Below, one piece after another: positions 50,408 to 62,062 of a DNA stretch of 64,000 nt (position 1 is its first letter; the number at the start of each line of letters is the position of its first letter). This stretch comes from Octopus sinensis (Eukaryota). Where the stretch lies: NCBI RefSeq assembly GCF_006345805.1, contig NC_042997.1, positions 172,050,001 through 172,114,000 on the forward strand. The letters run 5' to 3'. The translations under genes were made by a program, and so were the position numbers. The notes under the pieces were generated by a model. The model was given only the letters and a program-made list of their open reading frames with translations, was not told where the DNA came from and did not search any database.

Positions 50408-51384
50408 AATAGCCATGCTACATGGTAGTGAAACATGGGCTGTGACTGCTGAGGATATGCGTAAGCTCGCAAGAAATGAAGCCAGTATGCTCCGATGGAT
50501 GTGTAATGTCAGTGTTCATAATCGACAGAGTGTAAGTACCTTGAGAGAAAAGTTGGACCTAAGAAGCATCAGTTGTGGTGTGCAAGAGAGACGTTTGCGC
50601 TGGTATGGTCATGTGACGAGAATGGCTGAAGATAGTTGTGTGCAAAAGTGCTATTCCCTAGCAGTTGAGGGAACCTGTGGAAGAGGTAGACCCAGGAAAA
50701 CCTGGGACGAGGTGGTGAAGCACGACCTTCGAACTTTAGGTCTCACTAAGGAAATGACTAGAGACCGAGACCTATGGAAGTATGCTGTGCGTGAGAAGAC
50801 CCGGCAAGACTAGTGAGACCATAACCCGTGGCCTCTACCTGGTATGTAGCCAGTCGACTTATACATACCTTTCCTTCTTGGGACACAAAACTCCACTTGT
50901 GAAGACCCGTTGAGGCAAGTGAAAATCAAAATCAAAATCAAACCAAATCAAATCAGATATCAGAAAGCAGAACCAAAATCGAAGCCGATCAACATCAATA
51001 GAAATTGCAGCTGTGATACCAGTGCCAGTGACAAGTAAGCGAACCATCCAATCATGGCCGTTGCCAGCGCCGCCCTGACATGTAAAAACCACCATCCGTT
51101 CGTGGCCATTGCCAGCCTTGCCTGGCCCCCGTGCTGGTGGCACGTAAAAAGCACCATCCGTCCATGGCCATCTGCCACCTCCGTCTGGCACCTGTGCGGG
51201 TGGCACGTAAAAAGCACCCACTACACTCACGGAGTGGTTGGCGTTAGGAAGGGCATCCAGCCGTAGAAATACTGCCAGATCAGACTAGGCCTGAGGCAGC
51301 CTTCTGGCTTCACAGACCCCAGTTGAACCGTCCAGCCCATGCTAGCATGGAAAGCGGACGCTAAATGATGATGATGATGATGAT
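50408..51384 (+). mobile_element. 5'-truncated RTE LINE with open C-terminal ORF, complete 3'UTR (unique part, array, core) and (GAT)n tail
   Basis: AMLHGSETWAVT...RLRWYGHV...GRGRPRKTWDEVVKHDL...DRDLWKYAVREKTRQD* (stop 50811-50813), followed contiguously by the array-bearing 3'UTR. Confidence 0.92.
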
Positions 51385-51700
51385 TAGAAAAAAACCACCT
51401 TTTATCAATTCAAAATGAATAATTAAATTACATCATCTAGAAAATTACATATAATAGAAAAGTTAAAATTAAAATATTATTTTTTGTAATTTACTTAATA
51501 TTTACTTTTTAATTGTTATTTTAATTTTAACTTTTCTATTATATGTAATTTTCTAGATGGTGTAATTTTGAATTGATAATAGGTGGGTTTTTTTCTAATA
51601 TTTTATATATATATTATATTGAGTGGAATTTGATTTAGTATTTCTAAATTGAATTCTTTTCCCTTGTAAGTTTGGATTTTATTCCCTCAAATAATAATTA
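51384..51700. repeat. Penelope-type pLTR remnant forming a ~90-bp inverted repeat
   Basis: Arms 51384-51476 and 51517-51599 are reverse complements (one ~12-nt indel). The right arm continues into the aatttgatttagtatttctaaa...gtaagtttggattttattccctc motif. Confidence 0.75.
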
Positions 51701-51779
51701 TATATATATAATGGCGGTGCCCCAGCATGGCCACAGCTCATGAGCTGAAACTGGAAAAATCAAAAAAATCATCAAATAT

Positions 51780-52075
51780 ATATATATATATATATATGAG
51801 GAGACCTATTGAGTCAAGTACATCAACATCAACATCAAAATCAAAATCAAATGGAAATTGCAGTTGTGATACCTGTTCCTGTGGCACATAAAAAGCATCC
51901 ACTACACTCTCAGAGTGGTTGGCGTTAGGGAGGGCATCCCGCTGTAGAAACACTGCCAGATCAGACTGGAGCCTGGTGCAACTTTCTGGCTTCCCAGACC
52001 CTGGTCGAACCGTCCAACCCATGCTAACATGGAAAATGGATGTTAAACAATGATGATGATGATGATGATGATGAT
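51780..52075 (+). mobile_element. RTE 3'UTR (single array unit, core, tail)
   Basis: aaatcaaatggaaattgcagttgtgatacctg...gtggcacataaaaagc, then core and (GAT)n. Confidence 0.75.
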
Positions 52076-52197
52076 ATATATTATACATGTATGTATATAT
52101 GTATATATATGCATATATGTATCTATATATACATACGTACATATATATATGTGTGTGTGAACATATATATATATATATATATATATACATATCTATT

Positions 52198-52235
<38 letters not shown>

Positions 52236-52629
52236 CATATACACACACATACACATACACTCATAGCATAAGCTCGCATATACATATGCATCATATACAA
52301 CTGCTGTATGTTTACAACGATATATGTATGCCTATGCATGTTTCTCTACCTGAGGAAAACCATCTATCTATTACAAATCTTTACGCTTTAGTTTCATAAT
52401 GAACAGTAATCATTGATATTAGAAGAGAGATTCTTCAGTATTATCCTTGAGCAATAAACTGTAACTGTTCAGTCTGGAGAGGCAGAATTCTGTAGACTCT
52501 AAATCTTCATCATCAATGACATTTCTCAGGGCATGAGACATTAATGACAGGGTGTTCTTTGTTTTGGTCTTGCTACTTGAGACTGTTTAAACTTGGAGCT
52601 TTGAGCTAGAATTTATGTATATTGATGTG

Positions 52630-53200
52630 AAAGTTGACTGGAGAAAAGGAAAGGAAAAGGAAAAGGAAAAGGAAAAGGAAAGGAGAGAAGGTGAGTGAAA
52701 GGAAAAGAAGATAAAGATGAAGATGGAGAGATCAGAAGTAGGTAACATGAAAGAAAGAAAATGTGGAGTGAAGGAAGGAAGGAAGGAAGGAAGGAAGGCA
52801 GGAAGGAAGGAAGAAGGAAGGAAGGAAGGAAGGAGGGAAGGAGGAAGGAAGGAAGGAAGGAAGGAAGGAAGGAAGGAAGGAAGGATGAATGAATGAATGA
52901 AACAAAGAAATAATGAAAGAAATAAAGGAAAGAACAGAAGAAAGAAGAAAAAGGAAGAATGAAAGAAAGAAAGAAAGAGAGGGAGGGAGGGAGGGAGGGA
53001 AGAAGGAAGGAATGGAGGAAGGAAGGAGGAAGGAAGGAAGGAAGGAAGAAAGAAAGAAGGAAGGAAGAAAGAAAAGGAGGAAGGAAAGAAGAAAGTAAAA
53101 GAAGGAAAGAAGGAAAGAAGAAAGTAAAAGGAAGGAAGGAAGGAAGGAAGAAAGGAAAAGGAATAAATAAAGAAAGAAAGAAAAAAGGAATGAAAGACTG
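52630..53200. repeat. Polypurine (GGAA)n/(GAAA)n tract
   Basis: Seen directly. Confidence 0.95.
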
Positions 53201-53834
53201 ATGTAAACATTAAAACAGTGAAGAATAAACTTGGGAAAAAGAGAAAAAATAAATTAAGGTAGGGAAGCATATTGAAACAAATTCTTCCCATTTTCAATGA
53301 GAGAGCCAATATGTAGTTGCATGATTTACTAGAAATTTATTACAAAAAATATCTGTTATTTTTTTAGAAAAAAACGAACTTGACATTAGCTGTTTACTGC
53401 TGCGAAGAATTCTTGCTTAAGGCAATGGGCATTAAAAGGCACCAATAGTTATTTCAAGGTGCCCTCTGGCAGAAGCAATGAATGCATTTTCTATCTTCAT
53501 GGCTAACATTAGCATAATGCACCCTAAGAGAAACAGCCCTAAAACGACTTTGGAAATATTCATTTCCTTATAGGAAATCAGCCCCCAAAACATTAGCTGA
53601 TTATGTGTGACGCTGACCTACACTGAATAAAAGATTGTAATAGGCACATGAGAGACTCTTTCTCAGTGGTAAACAGCAGTGAATACAGCCTTTATACAGG
53701 TCAAATATATTACAAACATATCAGAAATTATCTAAACATTTGTTTACTGACAACATTATTTTCATGTGCCTTCAGCAATATTTTCACTCTGAGCATTTTT
53801 TTCTATTTTTCATATTACATGCATTAAATACTGT

Positions 53835-54310
53835 GAAGGCACATGGCTCAGTGGTTAGAGTGTCAGGCTCACAACCACAAGGTAGTGAGTTCAGTTCCTG
53901 GACTGGGCTACATGTCGTGTTCTTGAGCAAGACACTCTATTCATGTTCCTCCAGTTCACTCAGCTGTAGAAATGAGTTGGAACATCACTGGTGCAAAGGC
54001 CTTTGCCTTTTCCTTGGATAACATTGGTGGTATGGAGAGGGGAGGCTGGTATGTATGGGCAGCTGCTGCTCTTCCATAAATAACCTTGCCTGGACTTCTG
54101 CCTCAGAGGAAAATTTTCTAGGTGCAATCATGACCAAAGGGTATCTTTGCTCTTTACCCTATGTACATATAATGGTGTGGAGAATGAAGGCTGGTATACA
54201 TAGGCAACTGCTTGTTTTCAACAAAAAACTTTGCCCAGACTTCTGCCTCAGAGGGGAACTTTCTAGGTGCAATCCCATGGTCATTCATGACTGAAGGGGG
54301 TCTTTACTCT
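53835..54310 (+). mobile_element. SINE family B with duplicated 3' half
   Basis: gacttctgcctcagagg...tttctaggtgcaatc occurs at ~54093 and ~54238. Confidence 0.75.
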
Positions 54311-54779
54311 TTACCATGCATTACATATTGATTTCAAATTTTGACACATGGCCAGCAATTTCAGAGGAGGGGGCAGGTAAGAATTTGCATCAACTGCAAT
54401 GTTCAACTGGTACTTATCTCATTCACCCCAAAAGGATGAAAAGCAAAGTCGACCTCTGCAGGATTTGAACTCAGAATGGGAAGATGGAAGAAATGCTGCT
54501 TAGCATTTTGCCTGACGTACTAACAGTTCTGCCAGCCGACCATCTTACATGCATACACATATATCCAAGCCTTTTCCCCATTTTTATTTAGGAGGGGGTA
54601 GCCACAACAAGACACACACCAGGCATTCCATTCATTTCCCAGCTCAAAGCGGGGAGCCCTGCCCTATTCTCAAGTCAAGGCATAGAATGTAACCCTCAAT
54701 ATCTGCAGCAGAGCTCAACAGCATATGCTGGTTTATCCCCGCTGCATCATGCTGGTTCCATACCCCTTTGAGCAAAATT

Positions 54780-55225
54780 AAATTCACTCATCTGTCCACA
54801 AACACTCTCCAAGCTTTCCTATCATTTATAAACTCACTTGCCTCTCTCACTCCAACACCTCTAACCACCAAATCTTTCCTCACTCCATCCATCTGCACAA
54901 ACCGAGGTCTGCCTCTGGTTCTGCTGCCTACCACTGCTACCTTCATCACTCTCCTTACCATCTGCTCCTTATCCATCCACTCCATGTGGCCAAACCTCTC
55001 AACATTCATCTATCCATTTTCGTTGTTAATTTTCTCTCATTCTTGCTCGTCTTCACATCTTCTCATTCCTCATCCTGTCCATCCGTGTCACACCAACCAT
55101 AGCCCTCAAACATCTCATCTCAAATACATCTAGTCGCTTCCTTTCCATCTCTCTCTCACACCTCCACGTCTCTGCACCATATAACATTGTCAGCACAATC
55201 ACACCCTCATACACACCTTTCAGTA
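54780..55225 (-). mobile_element. C-terminal fragment of a second RTE-type LINE family
   Basis: RLDVFEMRCLRAMVGVTRMDRMRNE...RFGHMEWMDKEQMVRRVM...GSRTRGRPR..MDGVRKDL...DRKAWR. Confidence 0.75.
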
Positions 55226-55654
55226 GAATGCAGTCGCCATATTCCCTGCAAGGTGTAAGAGGTGACTAAAAGGAGCAGGAGCGAAGGGATAAGGAATCCA
55301 CTTCTCCTAGTAATTTAATATTCCTAAAAAGACAACTGACAATCTTACATGCATTAAATATTATAGCATTGGCTCATCGTTTTTCACACCAAAGGCATTA
55401 TCATCATCTTCATCATCACCATTTAAAATCTGCTGTCCATGCTGGTATGGGTTGGACGGTTCGATAGGAAAACAGTGAGCTGCAGGGCTGCATCAATCTC
55501 CAATGCAGTACTGAGCAGACTGCATCTATTATTTCACATCAAAAACTTTTAACTGACATATACTTAAATATATTTTTATTCTTTGACCCCATTGGCAGCA
55601 GTGGTGGTGGTTATGATGAGGATGATGATGATGATGATGATCTCTTTTACTCTT

Positions 55655-55872
55655 TTACTCTCTTATTTGTTTCAGTCATTTGACTGTGGCCATGCTGGAG
55701 CACCACCTTTAGTCGAGCAAATCGACCCCAGGACTTATTCTTTGGAAGCCTAGTATTTATTTTATCGGTCTCTTTTGCTGAACCACTAAGTTATGAGGAC
55801 GTAAACACACTAGCATCGGTTGTCAAGCAATGCTGTGGGGACAAATACAGACACACAAACATACACAGCACA

Positions 55873-55935
<63 letters not shown>

Positions 55936-56105
55936 TCATACATATATAGGACGGGCTTCTTTCAGTTTCTGTCTACCAAATCTACTCACAAGGCTTTGGT
56001 CGACCCGAGGCTATAGTGGAAGACACTTGCCCAAGGTACCACACAGTGGGACTGAACCCGGAACCATGTGGTTTGTAAGCAAGCTACTTACCACACAGCC
56101 ACTCC
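55655..56105 (-). mobile_element. SINE family A, full length
   Basis: Reverse complement matches 28818-29206. Confidence 0.85.
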
Positions 56106-56740
56106 AATGTCTAAGGGTGATGACAACGATATCGACAATGACAACAGCAACAAGTAGGATTTTGTCATCTACCATTGAAATACTTGCATATGTATGTATA
56201 CACATCCAATAGGCTTCAGCACAATTTCTATGTACCAAATTTCATCATCAAGTCTTTGGTTGATTCAATACAATGTTATAAGACATTTGGTATAAGATAC
56301 AGCATTGTGAGAGTGAACCTGGAATCACAGAATTATTAAGCAAACTTATGCTCACTATCATGACTGCCTTCTTCACAATCTATTTAAGATTTCTAATGAT
56401 GAACAAAAGAAAACTGCAGGCAAATAATTAAATAAATCAACAAATACATAAAACTGTCTAAAATACATTGCAAAATACTTTGATTTTATTAATTAATTAA
56501 TTTCAAGAAAACTGACAAGTTACATAATTATTTCTTCATCTTCACTCATTGCTGTTTTCTTCTCTCCTAGCTTGAATTAGTTAACCAGAAACAATCTATC
56601 CCTATGTGTTATGATTTGGAAAGTATTTCTTTGAATAGGCAATAAAAACAGCATCTGTACACATCTTAATTTAACTTCTGAATGTTGTCAATTAAAATTT
56701 TGAGGACGTTAAAAGAATATCAGATACAAATATGCATACA

Positions 56741-57282
56741 TATTGGGTTGTCCAGAAAGTTTGTGCCAATTTATAGTAGCTTACCTTTAGACTTATTTTA
56801 GAACATGGTTGAGTCCATAAAATAGGATTTGACATTTAGAGCACAGTTTAAGCTATCTTTTCATGGAAGAAGGTTTATGTTCCTATAACCTGTGTTAAAT
56901 CTGTAACCCTTTAAAATGGAAGATAAGAAAGTTCATTTTCGGCACTTGATGCTTTGGGAACCAGACAAAAAGTGCTGCAGCTCGGCTCCATATTCATCCA
57001 GATATTGCTCCTTTGGATTTCCACTTATTCAGGTCTCTGCAGAATAGTCTTAATGGTAAAAATTTCAATTCCTTGGATGACGTAAAAAGATACCTTGATG
57101 AATTCTTTGCCATGAAACCCCCTCAGTTCTGGGAAGAGGGTATTTTCAAGTTAAAGGAAAGATGGAGATACATTGTGCAACAAAATGGTTCATATTTGGT
57201 TGATTGAAAATGTAATGGCAAGTATTTATTGACCTTTTTCTTTCCTTTAAAAATCGGCAGGAACTTTCCGGACAACCCAATA
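56741..57282 (+). mobile_element. Internally deleted mariner (542 bp) with both TIRs
   Basis: TA-ttgggttgtccagaaag ... ctttccggacaacccaa-TA. MEDKKVHFRHLMLWE (ATG 56916) is fused directly to the C-terminal part ...DFHLFRSLQNSLNG...NGSYLVD*. Confidence 0.9.
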
Positions 57283-57664
57283 CATAACTACATACATATG
57301 CACATGTCTCTCATCATCATCATTAATGTCCGCTTTCCATGCTAGCATGGGTTAGACGACTTTGACTGAGGGCTGGCGGACCAGATGGCTGCACCAGGCC
57401 CCAATCTTGGTCTGGCAGAGTTTCTACAGTGGATGCCCTTCCTAACACCAACCACTCCGAGAGTGTAGTGGGTGCTTTTTATGTGCCACTGGCACAGAGG
57501 CTAGTCAGGTGGTACTGGTAATGACCTCGCTCATTTCTACAATTTATATTGGATCACAGGAGCCAGTCATTGGACTGCTGCAATACTGGGTCGACACTTA
57601 CAAAAGTTTTCATTGACTATAACTGCCTCTGTAGTTTCTTAACTTTAGTAATTATAAAGGAACC

Positions 57665-57985
57665 CCACTGGTCATGAATGACCATGGGATTGCACCTAGA
57701 AAGTTACCCTCCAAGGCAGAAGTCCCAGTATGTTAGTTTATGGAAGACCAGCAGTTACCCATGCATACCAGCATCCCCTTTCCAAGCCACTGATGTTATC
57801 CAAGGGAAAGGTAAAGTCCAATACAGCTTGGCACCAGTGACGTCACAACTCATTTCTACAGCTGAGTGAACAGGAGCAACATGAAATAGAGTGTCTTGCT
57901 CAAGAACACAACACACAGCCTGGTCTAAGAATCAAACTCGCTACCTTATGATTGTGTGTCCAGTGCTCTAACCACTGGGCCATGT
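57665..57985 (-). mobile_element. SINE family B
   Basis: Reverse complement of the 20425-20740 type. Confidence 0.75.
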
Positions 57986-58174
57986 CCCTTCACTAGTAAT
58001 TATATATATATATATAATTAGGGTTCCGCTAACCCTAATTATAGTTATGTGGATAATTTTACCTATAAAGGTTATTTTAACGCACCGATCTACTTGGTAA
58101 AATTGTTAATTAATTGATTAATGAATTATTAATTTAATTAATAAATTTTACCCTTCTATTATTAATTTACATAA

Positions 58175-58205
<31 letters not shown>

Positions 58206-59432
58206 CCAACTTACGATAAAAGTAAACAAAAGTTTGTTTTAGAAGTGTTGAGATGTATTGAAAGATACATAAATAAACTTTTTTATTCTCAAACGCATGA
58301 TAATGCTAATAAATAGCATGATCAAGATAAATTATCCATACATTGCAGAAAAATACATTTTCGGCCAGCCATGAGACTCGAAACACTGATCTTCTCTTGA
58401 AAATGGGAGCCAGAATAACTTCATCTGACAGGTCACCAGTTGCATAACTATAATTTTTGTATATATCACTTGCAAATTATGATAATTACATGACCCTTGG
58501 CTTCCTGAAACAGCTGTTAGGATAAGACATTACATAATTTCCTTATACGTTTATTTTTCTTTACTTTTATTCTACACTTTTTTGTGCTCAATGCAAAGCA
58601 CCCAACACAGGTGAAGTCCAGGACTCTCCTATCGAACACAACGTATGGGTGTTCAGCTTTTGCTGAATGACCTGCATAAATGATTTGTTAGTGATCAAAT
58701 GTATGTGCTGTACATTGGCTCACTTCCACCTTCAAATCAATGTTGCCTGACCAGTGTGTAAGTTATTCATTGGAAAATACAAGTGTAAAAATGGTTAACC
58801 ATAGAGTGATCTTTTGGGTTTTTCATAAACTGATATTACAAGGAAAATGTCATGTATATTTGATGAAAATGTAATACTTAACTGGTATCTAGCATTCTAG
58901 TTTTGTTATACTTAGAAGTCTTTGGAATTTTGCCTGTTTCAATTAATTAATATTCTTTACATTTTGCTTAATAAATTTTTATCAGCTAGCAAAATCTCCA
59001 GAGCTTCAAATATAAACAATCAAAATTCATTGCTTTCATCTCAATATAACCAAGCTGGATATAAAATGCCACTATTTGAATCTAAAACAGATGTCTTTAG
59101 ATTTCAGATTTCATAGGTACTTAGCCAGTAAAGTTGAATGCTTTAAATTTTGCTTGTAAAAGGAGTGTTTGTGCATAAAAAACCTTATTTTGAAATAGTT
59201 TGAGGGAGACCCTATACACTGATTATTATTATTATGAGTGAGTATATTACAAAGATATAATGTGTATTTCCTAACATATATCCTATTTACAGGACAGTCA
59301 TTAATGATTCTACAGTTACAGCAACATGTAGTAACTTTCATATTTGTATGATACTGGTAGGTGATATTATATATGATGTAAATACAGTGTCTAAAGCATT
59401 TGTCAACTGCACTGCTAGGGGAAAATTTAGTT

Positions 59433-59850
59433 ACATCATCATCATTGTTTAACGTCCGCTTTCCATGCTAGCATGGGTTGGACGATTTGACTGAGGACTG
59501 GTGAACCAGATGGCTGCACCAGGCTCCAATCTGATCTGGCAGAGTTTCTACAGCCGGATGCCCTTCCTAATGCCAACCACTCCGAGAGTGTAGTGGGTGC
59601 TTTTACATGCCACCGGCACGAGGGCCAGTCAGGCGATACTGGCAATGACTATGCTCAAATGGTGTTTCTTACATGCCACCTGCACAGGACCCAGTCCCCG
59701 GATGCCCTTCCTAATGCCAACCACTCCGAGAGTGTAGTGGGTGCTTTTACATGCCACTGGCACGAGGGCCAGTCAGGCAATACTGGTAATGGCTATGCTC
59801 AAATGGTGTTTCTTACATGCCACCTGCACAGGAGCCAGTCCAGCACCTAC
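59433..59850 (-). mobile_element. RTE 3'UTR with a 144-bp tandem duplication spanning core and array
   Basis: gatgcccttcctaatgccaaccactccgagagtgtagtgggtgc at 59557 and 59701. Confidence 0.85.
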
Positions 59851-60344
59851 ATGCTATTATGACTGTCATAAATAAGACCATTACTACGAATGTTAGAGTT
59901 ACTATTTTGTCCTATATATGAACACTAACAACTAATATGTTGCTTCAGTTGCAGATGAGACATATGAATATTTGATTGTATATGCTAGTTATTTATCTGT
60001 GTGCACACACTTACATAAGTAATATATATGCATATAATTAGTATTTTAGGAGTTCATAATAAGAAGAGAGATGAATTCACTTCAACCCTGAATTTATCAT
60101 AAATGTGATGTATGTTGACACATATGAGAAATATTTCATTATATTGGTGAAATATTGATTTTGGCATTTAGGTTGGCAAACCATATGTACATTCATATAC
60201 ATGCTTACATGTATATAAATAAATACATGTATAGATGTATGTATGTTATTGGAGCATTTGAACATATATGTATACATATATAATTAAAATGTAAAATTAT
60301 ATATTATATTAGATACATATATATATATATATATGTCGAGAGAG

Positions 60345-61610
60345 AGAGAGAATTGGACAAAATAATGGAAACACCTAGCATCATAGCATCATAATTTTGA
60401 AATATCTATAAAACCGTCAAAAGCTTGTTCATTCTTATGTTTTTTGATTTATTATTAGTGTTGCTAGATATGTTTTGCTAAAATTGCTGTTTCTTTTCAG
60501 ATATTATCAGAAAAAGGTCATTTAAATTTTTTTTAAATGACAGATCTATCGAACTTTCAAAGAGGTCAAATTGTTGGTGCTCATATATCAGGTGCTAGCA
60601 TAAGGAAAACAGCCAAAATGCTTGGTATATCAAGAAGTACTGTCTCAAAAGTAATGACAACCTTTGAGAAAGGGAGAGAAACCTCCTCGTCAAAACAAAA
60701 CTCCGGAAGAAAACCAAAACTTCCAGATAGGGACTGTCGGACTCTTACACAAATTGTTAGAAAGGAACACAAAAGTAGAGCTCCCAAAATTACTGCAGAG
60801 CTTAATGACCACCTCAAGAACCCAGTTTCCACAAAGACTGTTCACCAGGAGCTGCACAAAACTGGATTTCACAGGAGGGCTGCAATCAGTAAAGCACTAC
60901 TTTCAAAAACAAACGTTGCAAAGCATTTAGACTGGAGTAAAAAACCTACAAAATTGGTCCCTAGAGCAGTGGTAGAATGTTATTTTCTTGGACGAGTCCT
61001 CCTTTACACTATTTCTGACCACTGGCTGAGTATACACGTGGAGGCAGCCAAAAGAAGCATTTGACCCAGACTGCCTTCTTCCAACAGTTAAACATGGAGG
61101 AGGATCTGTAATGATCTGGGACGGGGGCTATATCTTGGAAATCCACCAGCCCAATGGTTTCCATTCATGGCAGAATTAATAGTCAAGACTATTTAAGCAT
61201 TTCATCAGATCAAATTCCTCCTATGATTGCAGAACTGTTTCTGGAGGGAAATGCAATCTTTCAGGATGATAATGCACCAATTTGCACAGCTAAAGCTGTT
61301 ACAGAATGGCACGAGGAACATTCTGGTGAAGTTGAACATCTTATCTGGCTACCACAGTCCCCAGATCTCAATATTATTGAACATTTATGGTGCATTTTAG
61401 AAAAGCAAGTAAGGAGTTGATGTCCTCCACCATCATCACTACAAGAACTGGAGACTGTTTTAGTTGAAGAATGGACAAAAACTTCTTTGGAAACAGTTCA
61501 AACTTTGTATGAGTCATAGAATTCAAGCTGCCAAAGGTGGTCCTACCCAATATTAAACTATATTTGTTTGAAATTTTAAGGTGTTTCCTTTATTTTGTCC
61601 AACCTCTGTA
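60345..61610 (+). mobile_element. Full-length degenerate Tc1 (DD34E-type) transposon
   Basis: TIR ttggacaaaataatggaaacacct / aggtgtttcctttattttgtccaacctctg-TA. Transposase MTDLSNFQRGQIVGA...SGRKPKL...; DESSF; KHGGGSVMIW; FQDDNAP; QSPDLNIIEHLW. Confidence 0.92.
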
Positions 61611-61952
61611 TATATATTATTAATACACATATACAAATATAGAATGAAACATTGAAACATTCTGCAACTATCAGATATTCATTCACTCTACACTTCCTTG
61701 TACTGAGCCTTCCTTTGAGTCTTAGTTTACTCTGAAACCATCTAAGAATCCCTTATCATATTTTGTGTGTGTGTGTGTGCATGTGTGTATATATACATTC
61801 ACATACATACACACATATTTACACTTTCTAATTCATATATATATATATATATATATAGTTACTCCAAACATGAACAAAGAGAAAACACTACGTGAGGACG
61901 TGGCAGAAGTATAGTGTTATTGGATGCTCGGGAAAGGAAAGAAAGAAGGAGG

Positions 61953-61987
61953 ATTTAACGTTTCAAGCGGAGCTCTTCGTCAGAAAC
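61953..61987 (-). ncRNA. Minimal type I hammerhead-ribozyme motif (Penelope-type)
   Basis: Minus strand: GUUU CUGACGA A GAGC-UCC-GCUU GAAA CG U U AAAU. Core intact; palindromic AACGUU replaces helix III. Confidence 0.65.
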
Positions 61988-62062
61988 ATAGAAAAAGGAA
62001 AGGTCCAAGGAAGGGAAGACGGAGAAAGAAAATTCCCAGCGATACACACACGGTCACATACA

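Noticed and set aside
58350-58440. tRNA-like sequence (B-box-like gtttcgagtc on the minus strand); also the SINE heads
   Set aside because: No complete cloverleaf; SINE heads are tRNA-derived but are not tRNA genes.
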